Virus record (IMG/VR): IMGVR_UViG_2140918012_000003
Source of the DNA: a virus
DNA: 64,000 bases
Strand: one strand, 5' to 3'
The position numbers and the translations under genes were made by a program. Shown here in pieces: positions 53,672-62,737 of the stretch (position 1 is the first letter of the stretch; the number at the start of each line of letters is the position of its first letter). Under the pieces are notes generated by a model. The model saw nothing but the letters and a program-made list of their open reading frames with translations. It was not told where the DNA came from and ran no database searches.

Positions 53672-53992
53672 TTACCGCAGCAAGATTTCCTTCGCAGCGT
53701 AGGCCATACTAAGCAAAATAGCACAAGTCGTCACACGCAAGAAAGATCGGAGAGTGATCAACCACACCCAATCCAACCCATCAGCTTCGCTAGCTTCCTC
53801 AGGCTTTTTGAGAGACAGCACAGCGAAAAACGATGGCAGGAACAGCAATCCGTACGCCTGATAAAAACTGAGCGCCCGAACGCCAAGGGCATCAACAACG
53901 AACCACGCCCACAACAGCTTGAAAACGAGAGCATAAAATAGCCCTGCTACCATGCTAATAAGCATTCCAAGCACGGCGTAAACTAATTTCAT
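53672..53992 (-). CDS. putative membrane protein
   Basis: three hydrophobic segments. Confidence 0.65.
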   Translation of the reverse strand: MKLVYAVLGMLISMVAGLFYALVFKLLWAWFVVDALGVRALSFYQAYGLLFLPSFFAVLSLKKPEEASEADGLDWVWLITLRSFLRVTTCAILLSMAYAAKEILLR

Positions 53993-54189
53993 GGTTTCAC
54001 CTGAGGCAGCTTTGCCCCGCAATAGGGGCAGAAAAATACTACAAGGGATTGGCTTGGGGCATCATCGTGCGTCGGGAAATCTAGATGCCACTCGTCCTTC
54101 TTGAAGGAGCGGCCATCAAAAAGATTGAAAAGACCGGTCTTGCGCGGTGCAGTCTCTTCCATCTTTTCGCATTCGTGCTGTTGTGCCAT
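53989..54189 (-). CDS. small zinc-ribbon protein
   Basis: FFCPYCGAKL. Confidence 0.6.
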   Translation of the reverse strand: MAQQHECEKMEETAPRKTGLFNLFDGRSFKKDEWHLDFPTHDDAPSQSLVVFFCPYCGAKLPQVKP

Positions 54190-54197
54190 TTACGCCC

Positions 54198-56297
54198 CTA
54201 AGTCAGATCCATGAGTTTGAAATATTGAATCCAGGCATCCAGGTCCTTGCCGCTACTCCACTGGTGCCGAGCGTATGCGAATTCGCCCTGCATAGCAATC
54301 CGAAAAAGCGGGTACTTGGCGTAGAGCGCTCCAATGGCTTGCTTGGCGACATCTTCCTTGTCCGTACCGCGATTAACAAGGTAGTCCAACGCAGAGGAAT
54401 TTTTCTGCTGTCTACCCTCCTGGTACTTGCGCACAGCCACAGTCACCGGATGCTTGGGGCCAAGAGCCTTCGTTACATCCTGCACATCCGCCCTCAACAC
54501 ATCGCACGCACTCCACTGTTTAAGCTCAAGTTGAGCTTTCACTTCGGGCAACGCAAGAATTTTCTTCGTGAAAGCTGCGCTCCATTTATCGTAGGCAGTG
54601 CCCTTGCACTTGTCGCCCGTGACAGGCTTAGCCTCCGTGGTCTTATACCCGTAGATTTCGGGCATTTTCGCGCCCGGCGCAAAGGTCTTGACGATCTCAG
54701 CGTCCTGTCGAAAACGCCGGTAAATATCCTGACCGTCACTACTCTTGAAGCTCGACAAAATGACAAACACGTCATCATCGGTCGGCTCCCTCACAGCGAT
54801 CTCCCAGCGATCTGAGAGCAGGTCGCTGTGGATATTATCGGGCACCAACCGGAACATTTTCGCCCGGTGCTTCGGGTTTACCTGGCGTTGCGGATAGCTC
54901 CGAGTTGCAGGAGCCGTCCAAGGCAGCGTTGAAAGATTGATGAGTGGAATGCCCTTGATCAGCTTCTTCTCAATTTCAGCTTCAAGAGCAGCACGTACAG
55001 CTTCCACCATGACCGTATCGATACGCTTGGCTACACTCTTCCGTCGGCGTCGAGGGCGACCGTGCTTGTCCGTACGGTCGTTGTCTTCATCGAGCACCGT
55101 GCGACCGACGATGTATTCGCCCCGTTTATCTACCTCAAACCCCGACAGCGCTCGCCCATCATCACGAATGATAATACGGGAGCTTTCACCAACATGAACT
55201 TCGAATGCGTTAAATATGGGCCTCTCACCATCTTTGACAGCGGGTGGCACAATCTCAACGTAATCCTCAGTAAGCTCTTTTGACTGCTTGTCGAGCTTGA
55301 GCCCAAATCTACGCAGTCCCTGCGCCTTGAGGCGACGCTGCCACGGCAGGACATCCGGCGCATGGATTTCGCGCAGGGCAACCTCAACGTATTCAGCAAT
55401 AAATGCATTGAGCTTATCCACCAAAGCCTTTTTGGTCGCAAGGCTATATTTCAGAGCCTCACGAGACGCACTGACCTGCACATCCCCGATGTTGAAAAAG
55501 AGCACACCACTGAGTTTCTTGACGCATTCCTCGGGTGACCCAGCCTCGTCAGCATCGTTGACAAAAAGCTCGTCCAAATTGATCTGGTACGGGATGCAGC
55601 CCATGACAGCCGTCCATTCACCGCTGCTGTAGTAATCAGCATCCACAAGAGCGCCGTGAACGAGCCTTGCAGGCACGTCTGGAAGAGCCGTATTGATGAC
55701 AGGACGCGGTTCAAAATACTGGAAGACCTTCCTGGCCTTCGTCTCAAATTCACCAATGTCCTGCTGACGCACAGCCATCTGAATCGTCACGCCAGTTTCA
55801 TCACCGCAAGGTTCTTCACCAAGCAGATTGATTACACCACGCTCAGACGGATCGAGCACAGCCACGAACGTGCGCCGCACGCCACCGTGGCAGGAGATCA
55901 CCGTAAAAGAATCAGAGTACGCAAAGGCACTTTTGCTCCCGATCCCCATAAAGCCCACTTCGCCATCGCTATTGCGTTTGGTGGACGCACCGTACTGCGA
56001 GTAGACGTTGAATACGTCATCGAGTGACAGGCCAGGGCCAAAATCCTGGATGGAAAGCGTGGGGTCAGCCAGGGTGGGCAACGTGACCTTGATGGGCTTA
56101 TCGCCCTTGCCGATTGACCTGTGGGCATCCCACGCATTCGATCCGTACTCACGCAGAACAGCCGTGATCTTGTCGGAGTACAGGGTACTGCGCAGGATTT
56201 CAAGAATATGCGAGGTATCGGTTTCCGAGATACCAAACGTACCTTGCGCCGTTACACCGCTTGATTCAAGCTCTCGCGGATGCTTATTCGGAATCAT
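54198..56297 (-). CDS. rIIA: rIIA-like protein (GHKL ATPase N-terminus)
   Basis: ILRSTLYSDKITAVLREYGSNAWDAH; IQDFGPGL; GASTKR..GFMGIGSKSAFAY; ETGVTI. Confidence 0.88.
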   Translation of the reverse strand: MIPNKHPRELESSGVTAQGTFGISETDTSHILEILRSTLYSDKITAVLREYGSNAWDAHRSIGKGDKPIKVTLPTLADPTLSIQDFGPGLSLDDVFNVYSQYGASTKRNSDGEVGFMGIGSKSAFAYSDSFTVISCHGGVRRTFVAVLDPSERGVINLLGEEPCGDETGVTIQMAVRQQDIGEFETKARKVFQYFEPRPVINTALPDVPARLVHGALVDADYYSSGEWTAVMGCIPYQINLDELFVNDADEAGSPEECVKKLSGVLFFNIGDVQVSASREALKYSLATKKALVDKLNAFIAEYVEVALREIHAPDVLPWQRRLKAQGLRRFGLKLDKQSKELTEDYVEIVPPAVKDGERPIFNAFEVHVGESSRIIIRDDGRALSGFEVDKRGEYIVGRTVLDEDNDRTDKHGRPRRRRKSVAKRIDTVMVEAVRAALEAEIEKKLIKGIPLINLSTLPWTAPATRSYPQRQVNPKHRAKMFRLVPDNIHSDLLSDRWEIAVREPTDDDVFVILSSFKSSDGQDIYRRFRQDAEIVKTFAPGAKMPEIYGYKTTEAKPVTGDKCKGTAYDKWSAAFTKKILALPEVKAQLELKQWSACDVLRADVQDVTKALGPKHPVTVAVRKYQEGRQQKNSSALDYLVNRGTDKEDVAKQAIGALYAKYPLFRIAMQGEFAYARHQWSSGKDLDAWIQYFKLMDLT

Positions 56298-56303
56298 GCA
56301 AGT

Positions 56304-56332
56304 AGTGTATAACAGGTTTGGCAGGATGTCAA
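56304..56332 (-). promoter_or_regulatory. conserved phage promoter (leaderless-type)
   Basis: TTGACATCCTGCCAAACCTGTTATACACT, 1 mismatch to the 33950 copy; ATG 6 nt downstream. Confidence 0.8.
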
Positions 56333-56374
56333 GTACGGTCTAGCGTGCCGGTTCCTGCGTGATATTCTCGTCGG

Positions 56375-56623
56375 TCATTTTGGATTCTTTCTTTTGGCTA
56401 TCTCTGCTTTGTACGCAGTGAGTTGCTGGACGTACTTGGCTTCGCGTTCGGGCATGTTGTCGCAAGCTTCGATCTTCCGTTCAATTCCTTTCAGGAACGT
56501 CTCTGCGACTTCAAGCATGAACGGGTCGCGCGACAGATCAAACGCCTGCAAACAGGTCTTGAACCCTCGCTCGTCGTTGGCGTCGGCTGCATCCATGAAC
56601 GCGGACACAACTTCGTCGGTCAC
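56375..56623 (-). CDS. hypothetical protein
   Basis: 82-aa ORF. Confidence 0.6.
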   Translation of the reverse strand: MTDEVVSAFMDAADANDERGFKTCLQAFDLSRDPFMLEVAETFLKGIERKIEACDNMPEREAKYVQQLTAYKAEIAKRKNPK

Positions 56624-56625
56624 TT

Positions 56626-56940
56626 CTACACCGCATCTAACTTCCGCACAGGTTGGTGCCTAGGGTCAATTAGTGACGTTGAATCACCGCATACAGTCAC
56701 TACTGGCACTCGCTCCTTCTCGCCGTAAAACGCCAGCATTTTCTGCGGCCACTCGCTAGTTTTAACCGCGTGCCGATCCCAGATTTCGTCTTCTACAAGC
56801 TTTTGTGATGGGCTCCTAAATGATACACCATGCTCCAAATCTTCCGCTAATTGACGCAGGTCATTGTCAGAAACATGCTTGACCCAATTAGGCTCTGCCC
56901 ACTCACCCACCACATACTCAGGGTCAAGAGGCAGACGCAT
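56626..56940 (-). CDS. hypothetical protein
   Basis: 104-aa ORF, GAGG upstream. Confidence 0.6.
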   Translation of the reverse strand: MRLPLDPEYVVGEWAEPNWVKHVSDNDLRQLAEDLEHGVSFRSPSQKLVEDEIWDRHAVKTSEWPQKMLAFYGEKERVPVVTVCGDSTSLIDPRHQPVRKLDAV

Positions 56941-56946
56941 ACCTCA

Positions 56947-57384
56947 CTAGACCTTGAAATCCAGATGCTGCACCGTACGCAGCGTTGCGTGAACCGTGCC
57001 CTTGTCCAAGTCAATTGCGATCTGCTCAAAACCGTGCGCCCGTGCCCATTCGATAGCGCCCTTCAATTGCTGCATGAGCGGGTTGCCATTCGGCTGGACC
57101 AGCGGCTGCTTCTGCACTCTCATGCCGACGGCCGTACGCTTATATACACCCAGACGAAGCTGTTTAGCACGAAGTTTAACGGCCAACGGCGACCTGGTAT
57201 CGTGCTGCTGGCACTTCTTGTGCTTGATACCAAGCTCAGCAGCTTTTTGGGACACACCACGCTTAGAGCGTCCCATAATTTTGGCGACAGCCGCCCAATT
57301 ATCTCCATTGGCAGCTTCACGAAGCTTGGCGATTTCCGATACGGACCATGCATTGCCTGGCATTTGATTACTCCTATCGTACAC
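56947..57384 (-). CDS. Myb/SANT-like HTH protein (putative)
   Basis: WSVSEIAKL....WAAVAKIMGRSKRGV. Confidence 0.6.
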   Translation of the reverse strand: MYDRSNQMPGNAWSVSEIAKLREAANGDNWAAVAKIMGRSKRGVSQKAAELGIKHKKCQQHDTRSPLAVKLRAKQLRLGVYKRTAVGMRVQKQPLVQPNGNPLMQQLKGAIEWARAHGFEQIAIDLDKGTVHATLRTVQHLDFKV

Positions 57385-58321
57385 TCATGATCTTCTTAAC
57401 GAGCGCTACCTTGCCACCAGGAATCTTGCTGGCGCCGATGATGCTGAGGTTTTTGGTGGCGTACTTGCGCAAGTCTTCGATGGACAGCTTGAGCAATCCT
57501 TCCGCACCAAGCTTATCGAATTTAGAAGCCTTGGGACGAGCCTTTTCGACGTGCTCAGGCTTGAGCGTCTTCTTCACCTTGCCCTGGTCAGCCTTGAGGT
57601 TGAAGCTAGTCGAAGGCAGATTGGCACCATGCATGCCCACCACCTTGTACTTCGACACCCGCATCTTCTGCTGGCTAGCATCGTAGGGCACGCACACGAC
57701 ATCAGCCGGATCGATTTCACAGATCACGAGACGACTTTCACCGCTACCGAAAGTACTCGCATAGTGCAATGAGCCAACGTGGAAACCTTCATGACACGCA
57801 ACTTGCGGGTCATCCGAAATCTTGTTGCGCGGCATCTCATTGACCACACCCGGCTTGTTGCTGACTTCACCCGAGTGGTGGTCCTTGTAGTCAGCCCGCA
57901 CGGACTTGTAGGCCAAGATATTGCCATCTTCGGAAATGGCGATGTTCTGGTGGTCGAGGAACCCCCAAAGTTGGTTTACTGACCGGTATGACGGATTCTC
58001 GGAAAGCTTCTCCCAGAACTTGAACAGGCTCTCGGGGCTTTCACCCTTGGCAGCCATATTGAAGATACGCCCCGAAAGCTCGCCAGGCAACGCCTCACCA
58101 GCGTACTCGATGGTGCTACCATCAACCTTGAACTTGCCCTTCGCCCATTTCTGAACGCTCATAGGCACGGACAGGTGCTGCGGCACGCTATCCCAGTCTT
58201 CGTCTATGATGGCTTTGCGCAAGTTGGTGAAATTAGGGGTGCCCTTGCGCACTGAATGGGTCTTGCCGTTGATAACGACGGTGATAGAATCGGTGGTGAT
58301 CGTATACGCAGGTTTCGTCAT
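57374..58321 (-). CDS. rIIB: rIIB-like protein
   Basis: FLDHQNIAISEDG.ILAYKSV..DYKDHHSG...EMPRNKISDDP..C..G.HVG...VVCVP.D...KMRVSKY. Confidence 0.88.
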   Translation of the reverse strand: MTKPAYTITTDSITVVINGKTHSVRKGTPNFTNLRKAIIDEDWDSVPQHLSVPMSVQKWAKGKFKVDGSTIEYAGEALPGELSGRIFNMAAKGESPESLFKFWEKLSENPSYRSVNQLWGFLDHQNIAISEDGNILAYKSVRADYKDHHSGEVSNKPGVVNEMPRNKISDDPQVACHEGFHVGSLHYASTFGSGESRLVICEIDPADVVCVPYDASQQKMRVSKYKVVGMHGANLPSTSFNLKADQGKVKKTLKPEHVEKARPKASKFDKLGAEGLLKLSIEDLRKYATKNLSIIGASKIPGGKVALVKKIMSVR

Positions 58322-58330
58322 GGTGCAACC

Positions 58331-58358
58331 AGTATAACAGGTTTGACGTTGATGTCAA
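58331..58358 (-). promoter_or_regulatory. conserved phage promoter
   Basis: TTGACA-16-TATACT with TG extension; ATG 9 nt downstream. Confidence 0.7.
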
Positions 58359-58594
58359 AACAAATCTGAAGGGTCTGTGCGAAGCTCGACCTTGACCTTG
58401 CCTCGACACTTGCTTTTCCAGCCGCTAGAAGGCTTCACGAGCCCGCACCAGAGGCAACAGGGCAGCGCTTTTCCGCCGACAGTAAGCTTGACCGTGGCGT
58501 GTTCATCGGGCCAGGGTTCAACGCAATCTGGCAACGTGTGCTTAGTCATCGTCATCTTCTCTTTCCCCAGGTCGCAATAGTTTCTCCGCAGCAA
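58355..58594 (-). CDS. small zinc-binding protein
   Basis: CCLWCG...C; start uncertain. Confidence 0.5.
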   Translation of the reverse strand: MLRRNYCDLGKEKMTMTKHTLPDCVEPWPDEHATVKLTVGGKALPCCLWCGLVKPSSGWKSKCRGKVKVELRTDPSDLF

Positions 58595-59507
58595 TTGGTG
58601 CCTTTAGAGTATTGCACTCAAGGCAATCAAGGGGCAGATCGAAGGCTTCTTTGATGGAAATCCCGCGCTCTTTGGCTTCGCAACAAATATGGTATGCAAA
58701 ATGCCGTACGGCTTTAATGTGCGCCTTGGACTCTACGACCTTTCGCCAATCTGGATCACTAGTTAAGTCAAGTTCTTCCCGCACCCAATCGTATGTTACG
58801 CTTGGCGCCACAATCTTGCATTTAGCGCACGATTGCAAAAGCTCCGCACTAACGCTCATCATGCGATTTTTATGCCCCTTCGCCTCCATCCAGACATGAT
58901 TAATAAAGTGCTTAACGTGTTTACGGTTGCCTTTCGCAGCAGCAAATGTTCTCCAATCACCGCTCCAAAGACTAAGCTCATGCTCAACACGGTCTTGGAC
59001 TAAACGACGCCAACACAACGCCCATTCAGTTGGCAGATGCTTTTTGAACCAGGATTTCTGCCCGTGCTCGCCCACAATTAACGGGTCTACCTGGGGCCGA
59101 ACGAATTCTTTCCAGAGCAAGCCTTGCACGAGAGAAAACAGGTGATCGTCGCAAGGACGCACCTTTTCAAGTATCCACTGGGCGTAGTCTGAAGAAAATT
59201 CTGAAACTGAATACCGGGCTACTTCGATACCTGTGCTATACACCACACTCCCACGCCCTAAGTCAGCCCACGAAATTTGCTGCAACCGCTTCGGCAGTTT
59301 CGTTTTGTAGACCACAACATCCATGTGAATTGAATCACCCTGCCCGCGAGGTACTACTTCAATCCATTTGGTTGGACGTGCTCGATCCTCGGTATCGAGC
59401 CAGACCGTAAAAGCTGACCTGGGACTAGTTGCAAGTTGCATTATAATCCTCGCAATCCCTTGGGCACTTGAGCTTTGGACACGCGCCTTAAAAACATGCG
59501 TACCCAA
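58542..59507 (-). CDS. hypothetical protein, paralog of 59919-60602
   Basis: shared EF..PQVDP..VG..G..SWFK.H.P..W block. Confidence 0.65.
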   Translation of the reverse strand: MGTHVFKARVQSSSAQGIARIIMQLATSPRSAFTVWLDTEDRARPTKWIEVVPRGQGDSIHMDVVVYKTKLPKRLQQISWADLGRGSVVYSTGIEVARYSVSEFSSDYAQWILEKVRPCDDHLFSLVQGLLWKEFVRPQVDPLIVGEHGQKSWFKKHLPTEWALCWRRLVQDRVEHELSLWSGDWRTFAAAKGNRKHVKHFINHVWMEAKGHKNRMMSVSAELLQSCAKCKIVAPSVTYDWVREELDLTSDPDWRKVVESKAHIKAVRHFAYHICCEAKERGISIKEAFDLPLDCLECNTLKAPIAAEKLLRPGEREDDDD

Positions 59508-59926
59508 GGCGCGTCAATATGTGAAAAGCGCAAATCGAGCCACTTTTCATACGTTGCGTGTTTTTTCGGGTCAGGCTTCCAGTGCCCGCCCACACCTTCG
59601 TCTGAAATCATGCCACCGAATTTAGCTGCCAGTTCGTGCTCCACGCTCATCTGCGCCCAGTGGCCCCACTCACTGATAGGGTGCCGAAATTCAAGCTTAC
59701 GTTTACTCGCAAACTCCACAGAAAATTCGTGCCTGTACGCATCCATCACATCAGACGTGCGAAGTACACCGTCTTTCATGCAGACGTTCCAAATATCGTC
59801 CTTCGCATCTCCATCCACCCTCATGCGCCCTTTGAACCTGCGCTGCACGATCTCACAAAGGGCCTCATACACCTTCGGCTTGGAAAAAGAGCCGCCCTTG
59901 ATGGTGACAAAACCGCTGTTAGCCAT
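59441..59926 (-). CDS. hypothetical protein
   Basis: 161-aa ORF, AGGAG upstream. Confidence 0.65.
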   Translation of the reverse strand: MANSGFVTIKGGSFSKPKVYEALCEIVQRRFKGRMRVDGDAKDDIWNVCMKDGVLRTSDVMDAYRHEFSVEFASKRKLEFRHPISEWGHWAQMSVEHELAAKFGGMISDEGVGGHWKPDPKKHATYEKWLDLRFSHIDAPWVRMFLRRVSKAQVPKGLRGL

Positions 59927-60602
59927 TTTGCTCTCCTAGAAGCAGCCTGCTCGCCATAGCCGCTCGCACTACCTGGCATTCTTCGCAAGTATCCGAGGTT
60001 GCGAAAGCGCCCTGGATCGCTCCAACAGTGCTTTTAAACCCCGCCCGGAACGAAGGGTCTTTTGCGCGCACCAACGTATGGTTGATCATGTGCATGATGC
60101 TATCCAAATTTTCAGTTTGGTTCAGCACGTGCTGCCAAGCATCCCGATCCTTTCCAAGGTCAAGTTCAAGTGACTGCACAAATTCTGACTTAATTACACT
60201 ATGCCAGATGCGGAGCCATGCATCCGGCATGTGTTGCTTGAACCAAGACGTTTCTCCCGTCAACCCAACCACACACGGATCCACTTGGGGGTGCAGAAAC
60301 TCATTGTAATAAACGGCATACATCGCCTTTTGGGCTGCCTCACCAGTCAAGCTCCCATTTGCAAGCAGGTCAAGCAACGTGTGGGCATAGAACGATGAAA
60401 ATTTTTCGATGTTGAGGTGATCTACTTCATGCGGGACCATCACCGGGTAGTTATCACCTTCGACAATCGCTCGCTTGTTGGTCATCAGCGCAATCTCAAG
60501 ATACGCACCATGCCCATAGCTCATTGGGCGTGCCTCAAGCCACGGCTCCCTATTGTTGTCAGCTAGGAACTTGAAGGTGGGCCTCTCGGGTTTGAAACTC
60601 AT
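59919..60602 (-). CDS. hypothetical protein, paralog of 58542-59507
   Basis: shared PQVDP block. Confidence 0.65.
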   Translation of the reverse strand: MSFKPERPTFKFLADNNREPWLEARPMSYGHGAYLEIALMTNKRAIVEGDNYPVMVPHEVDHLNIEKFSSFYAHTLLDLLANGSLTGEAAQKAMYAVYYNEFLHPQVDPCVVGLTGETSWFKQHMPDAWLRIWHSVIKSEFVQSLELDLGKDRDAWQHVLNQTENLDSIMHMINHTLVRAKDPSFRAGFKSTVGAIQGAFATSDTCEECQVVRAAMASRLLLGEQNG

Positions 60603-60958
60603 GGAGAAATCATCTGCTCAAGCACAAATTGGTCACGCTCAGAGCGCCCTTCAGCGCCAGCAGGAACCAACCGCACCAGGCGTACACGCTCACCTGTCGG
60701 CAGGCTAAAACTCAACTTCCAGACATCGGTGTGCGCTTTGGCGTAGGAATACGCTTCAGCAAACGTCTTGAAAAAGCGCAACTCACCTGATTCGTCGCGT
60801 GTCTGCACATCCCATAGCTCGCGCAAGGCGAATAATTCTTCGCGCAGATGCACCACAGCATCCACAGCCAGCCCCGTGCCACCGCACATGCACTTAGCGC
60901 CAGATGGCACCTTACCGGTGCCAGCGCATGCGTCACACATCCAAGGTTTTTCACTCAT
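60599..60958 (-). CDS. protein with DnaJ-type zinc finger (CxxCxGxG)
   Basis: CDACAGTG...CMCGGTG. Confidence 0.65.
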   Translation of the reverse strand: MSEKPWMCDACAGTGKVPSGAKCMCGGTGLAVDAVVHLREELFALRELWDVQTRDESGELRFFKTFAEAYSYAKAHTDVWKLSFSLPTGERVRLVRLVPAGAEGRSERDQFVLEQMISP

Positions 60959-60963
60959 GCGTC

Positions 60964-61470
60964 TTAGTCCATCACGTCGGTATCGATGTACGTCGTAACC
61001 CCATGCACCGGACAATCGACTTCCTGCTCGTAGCGCAAAGCCACTACTTCGGGGCCAACACGCCGCGCACTGATCAACTTATTCTTGTCGGGCAGCATAA
61101 CTGCTTTCACATCGAACAGCGACCAGCCACCCTTACCACTCCATTTGGCGAGCTTGACCCCTGCGACCTTTTCAATGGCCGGGAACAGTGCCTTGGCCGC
61201 ACCAGGAGCGACTGTTTTTTCGCATGCCTGACACGCGACATGGTACTGATGCGGGTGCAGCTTCTTCGCCTCCGTTTCGAAATAGACATAGTACTTACCA
61301 CGGTTGGCTTTGATCGAGCCATCGTCAGAAACAGCGTGAATCTTGACCGGAAGCTCCTTGCTGCCGACTTTCAGGCACCCAGCCAGGTAGATATCGCGCC
61401 GAGACTTACGGCCGCCCTTACCAGTCTCAGTCTTGACCCGCTTCAGTTCTCCGACGAGCTTGATATCCAT
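60964..61470 (-). CDS. hypothetical zinc-binding protein
   Basis: ATG 7 nt after promoter; CQAC, CPVH. Confidence 0.7.
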   Translation of the reverse strand: MDIKLVGELKRVKTETGKGGRKSRRDIYLAGCLKVGSKELPVKIHAVSDDGSIKANRGKYYVYFETEAKKLHPHQYHVACQACEKTVAPGAAKALFPAIEKVAGVKLAKWSGKGGWSLFDVKAVMLPDKNKLISARRVGPEVVALRYEQEVDCPVHGVTTYIDTDVMD

Positions 61471-61477
61471 GTACAGA

Positions 61478-61506
61478 AGTGTATAACAGTTTTGCCAAGC
61501 TGTCAA
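61478..61506 (-). promoter_or_regulatory. conserved phage promoter (leaderless-type)
   Basis: TTGACA-17-TACACT with CAAAACTGTTATAC block. Confidence 0.75.
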
Positions 61507-61553
61507 GCGCTATTGACAAGAGGTACCGAAAAGTGTTAAGGTTTAGCCTTCAG

Positions 61554-61886
61554 ATGCAGCCCTTCCACAGGTTCATTGCGCGTGTCCTGTCGCTGACAAA
61601 GAGTAACAAGGCGAATCTAAAGGACTACCTGGACTTCGTGACCCACATCGATAATACCAGGCTGCGCGAAATTGAAGCCAGCTTCTTGCACAGCGATGCC
61701 GCGCACAAAGCAGCGACTTTAGTAGAGTACGCTACACTCGTGCGCGACGCCAGTTTAACCGAACCGCACAAACAGATCACAGCAGACCTGTTAGAGTACG
61801 CTAATAAAATAGCGGTCGTAGAAGCCGCTCGCATTCTAACAAACACGGATGACGATAGCTGGTGGTCTTTTCACGATCAGAGCTAG
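61554..61886 (+). CDS. hypothetical helical protein
   Basis: divergent TTGACA-18-TAAGGT upstream; ATG 61554. Confidence 0.55.
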   Translation: MQPFHRFIARVLSLTKSNKANLKDYLDFVTHIDNTRLREIEASFLHSDAAHKAATLVEYATLVRDASLTEPHKQITADLLEYANKIAVVEAARILTNTDDDSWWSFHDQS

Positions 61887-62140
61887 TCCCTCGGAACCGA
61901 TAATAAAGCTGGATTTGAAGCAATCTCAGGGTACATCAAAATAAACGCAGCGATCCGAGCAGCGTCACGCTCACTGCCAGGATCGAGCAGCCTGAAATCG
62001 TTTGGTTTGTACAGCATAAGCCCGTTAGGTGTGTCTATCGCATATTTTTTAGGAGCGACATCAACCACAATACCAGGCCCCCTATAAGGCTTTCGCCCCC
62101 AGCCGTTCTTGATCAGCACGAAACGTCCGATGATGCTCAC
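61883..62140 (-). CDS. IAA(F/Q)LL-motif family protein
   Basis: FRLLDPGSERDAARIAAFILMYPE. Confidence 0.7.
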   Translation of the reverse strand: MSIIGRFVLIKNGWGRKPYRGPGIVVDVAPKKYAIDTPNGLMLYKPNDFRLLDPGSERDAARIAAFILMYPEIASNPALLSVPRD

Positions 62141-62186
62141 AGCAAGCTATTATGCGCTATATCAGCGACTGTTTCAAGACCTGCTA

Positions 62187-62214
62187 TTGACATTCTCGTA
62201 AAACGTGTTATACT
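62187..62214 (+). promoter_or_regulatory. conserved phage promoter
   Basis: TTGACA-16-TATACT with TG extension; ATG 9 nt downstream. Confidence 0.7.
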
Positions 62215-62223
62215 AACTGCATC

Positions 62224-62736
62224 ATGGACTTCTGGTGGGAGAACGACAAGACTCCAAAGGAACTGGCCCCGGCCAAGCGTGCCTTGGCCATCTCCGGCAA
62301 AGTCAGCCGGTTCGTGGGGCAGCGTGTCCCATGCACCTTGGTCATCTCAGGCAAAGAAATCCAAGCTGAACCCATCTTCGGCTCAAACCCGTTGACCGAA
62401 GACCAAAAGAAAGCTCTTGGGCACATGCGCTACCGCCCGCCGCGCTTCTACCGGCCTCGCATCCCGCTCAAGCTCCTCGACACCATCATCAAAAGCGGCC
62501 TTTTCAAGCATGACTGCACCCTTGCACCTCCAGGCTTTCACATCAACTGGGTGTACGGGGTTGGTTTCTCGTTCGTCATGCGAGGCTTGGGGGTCTCGGT
62601 CATGGGGGCGCCCAACAAGACCCTGGCCATTGCCGTGCCGGTTGGCCTGATCACCCGATTCGAACACCCCAAGCTGGAATCGCTGCGCCAGTACCTCACG
62701 GTCGAAAGCGCCGCCCACCTGATCACGAAAGACTAA
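62224..62736 (+). CDS. hypothetical protein
   Basis: 170-aa ORF after promoter. Confidence 0.7.
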   Translation: MDFWWENDKTPKELAPAKRALAISGKVSRFVGQRVPCTLVISGKEIQAEPIFGSNPLTEDQKKALGHMRYRPPRFYRPRIPLKLLDTIIKSGLFKHDCTLAPPGFHINWVYGVGFSFVMRGLGVSVMGAPNKTLAIAVPVGLITRFEHPKLESLRQYLTVESAAHLITKD

Positions 62737-62737
62737 A

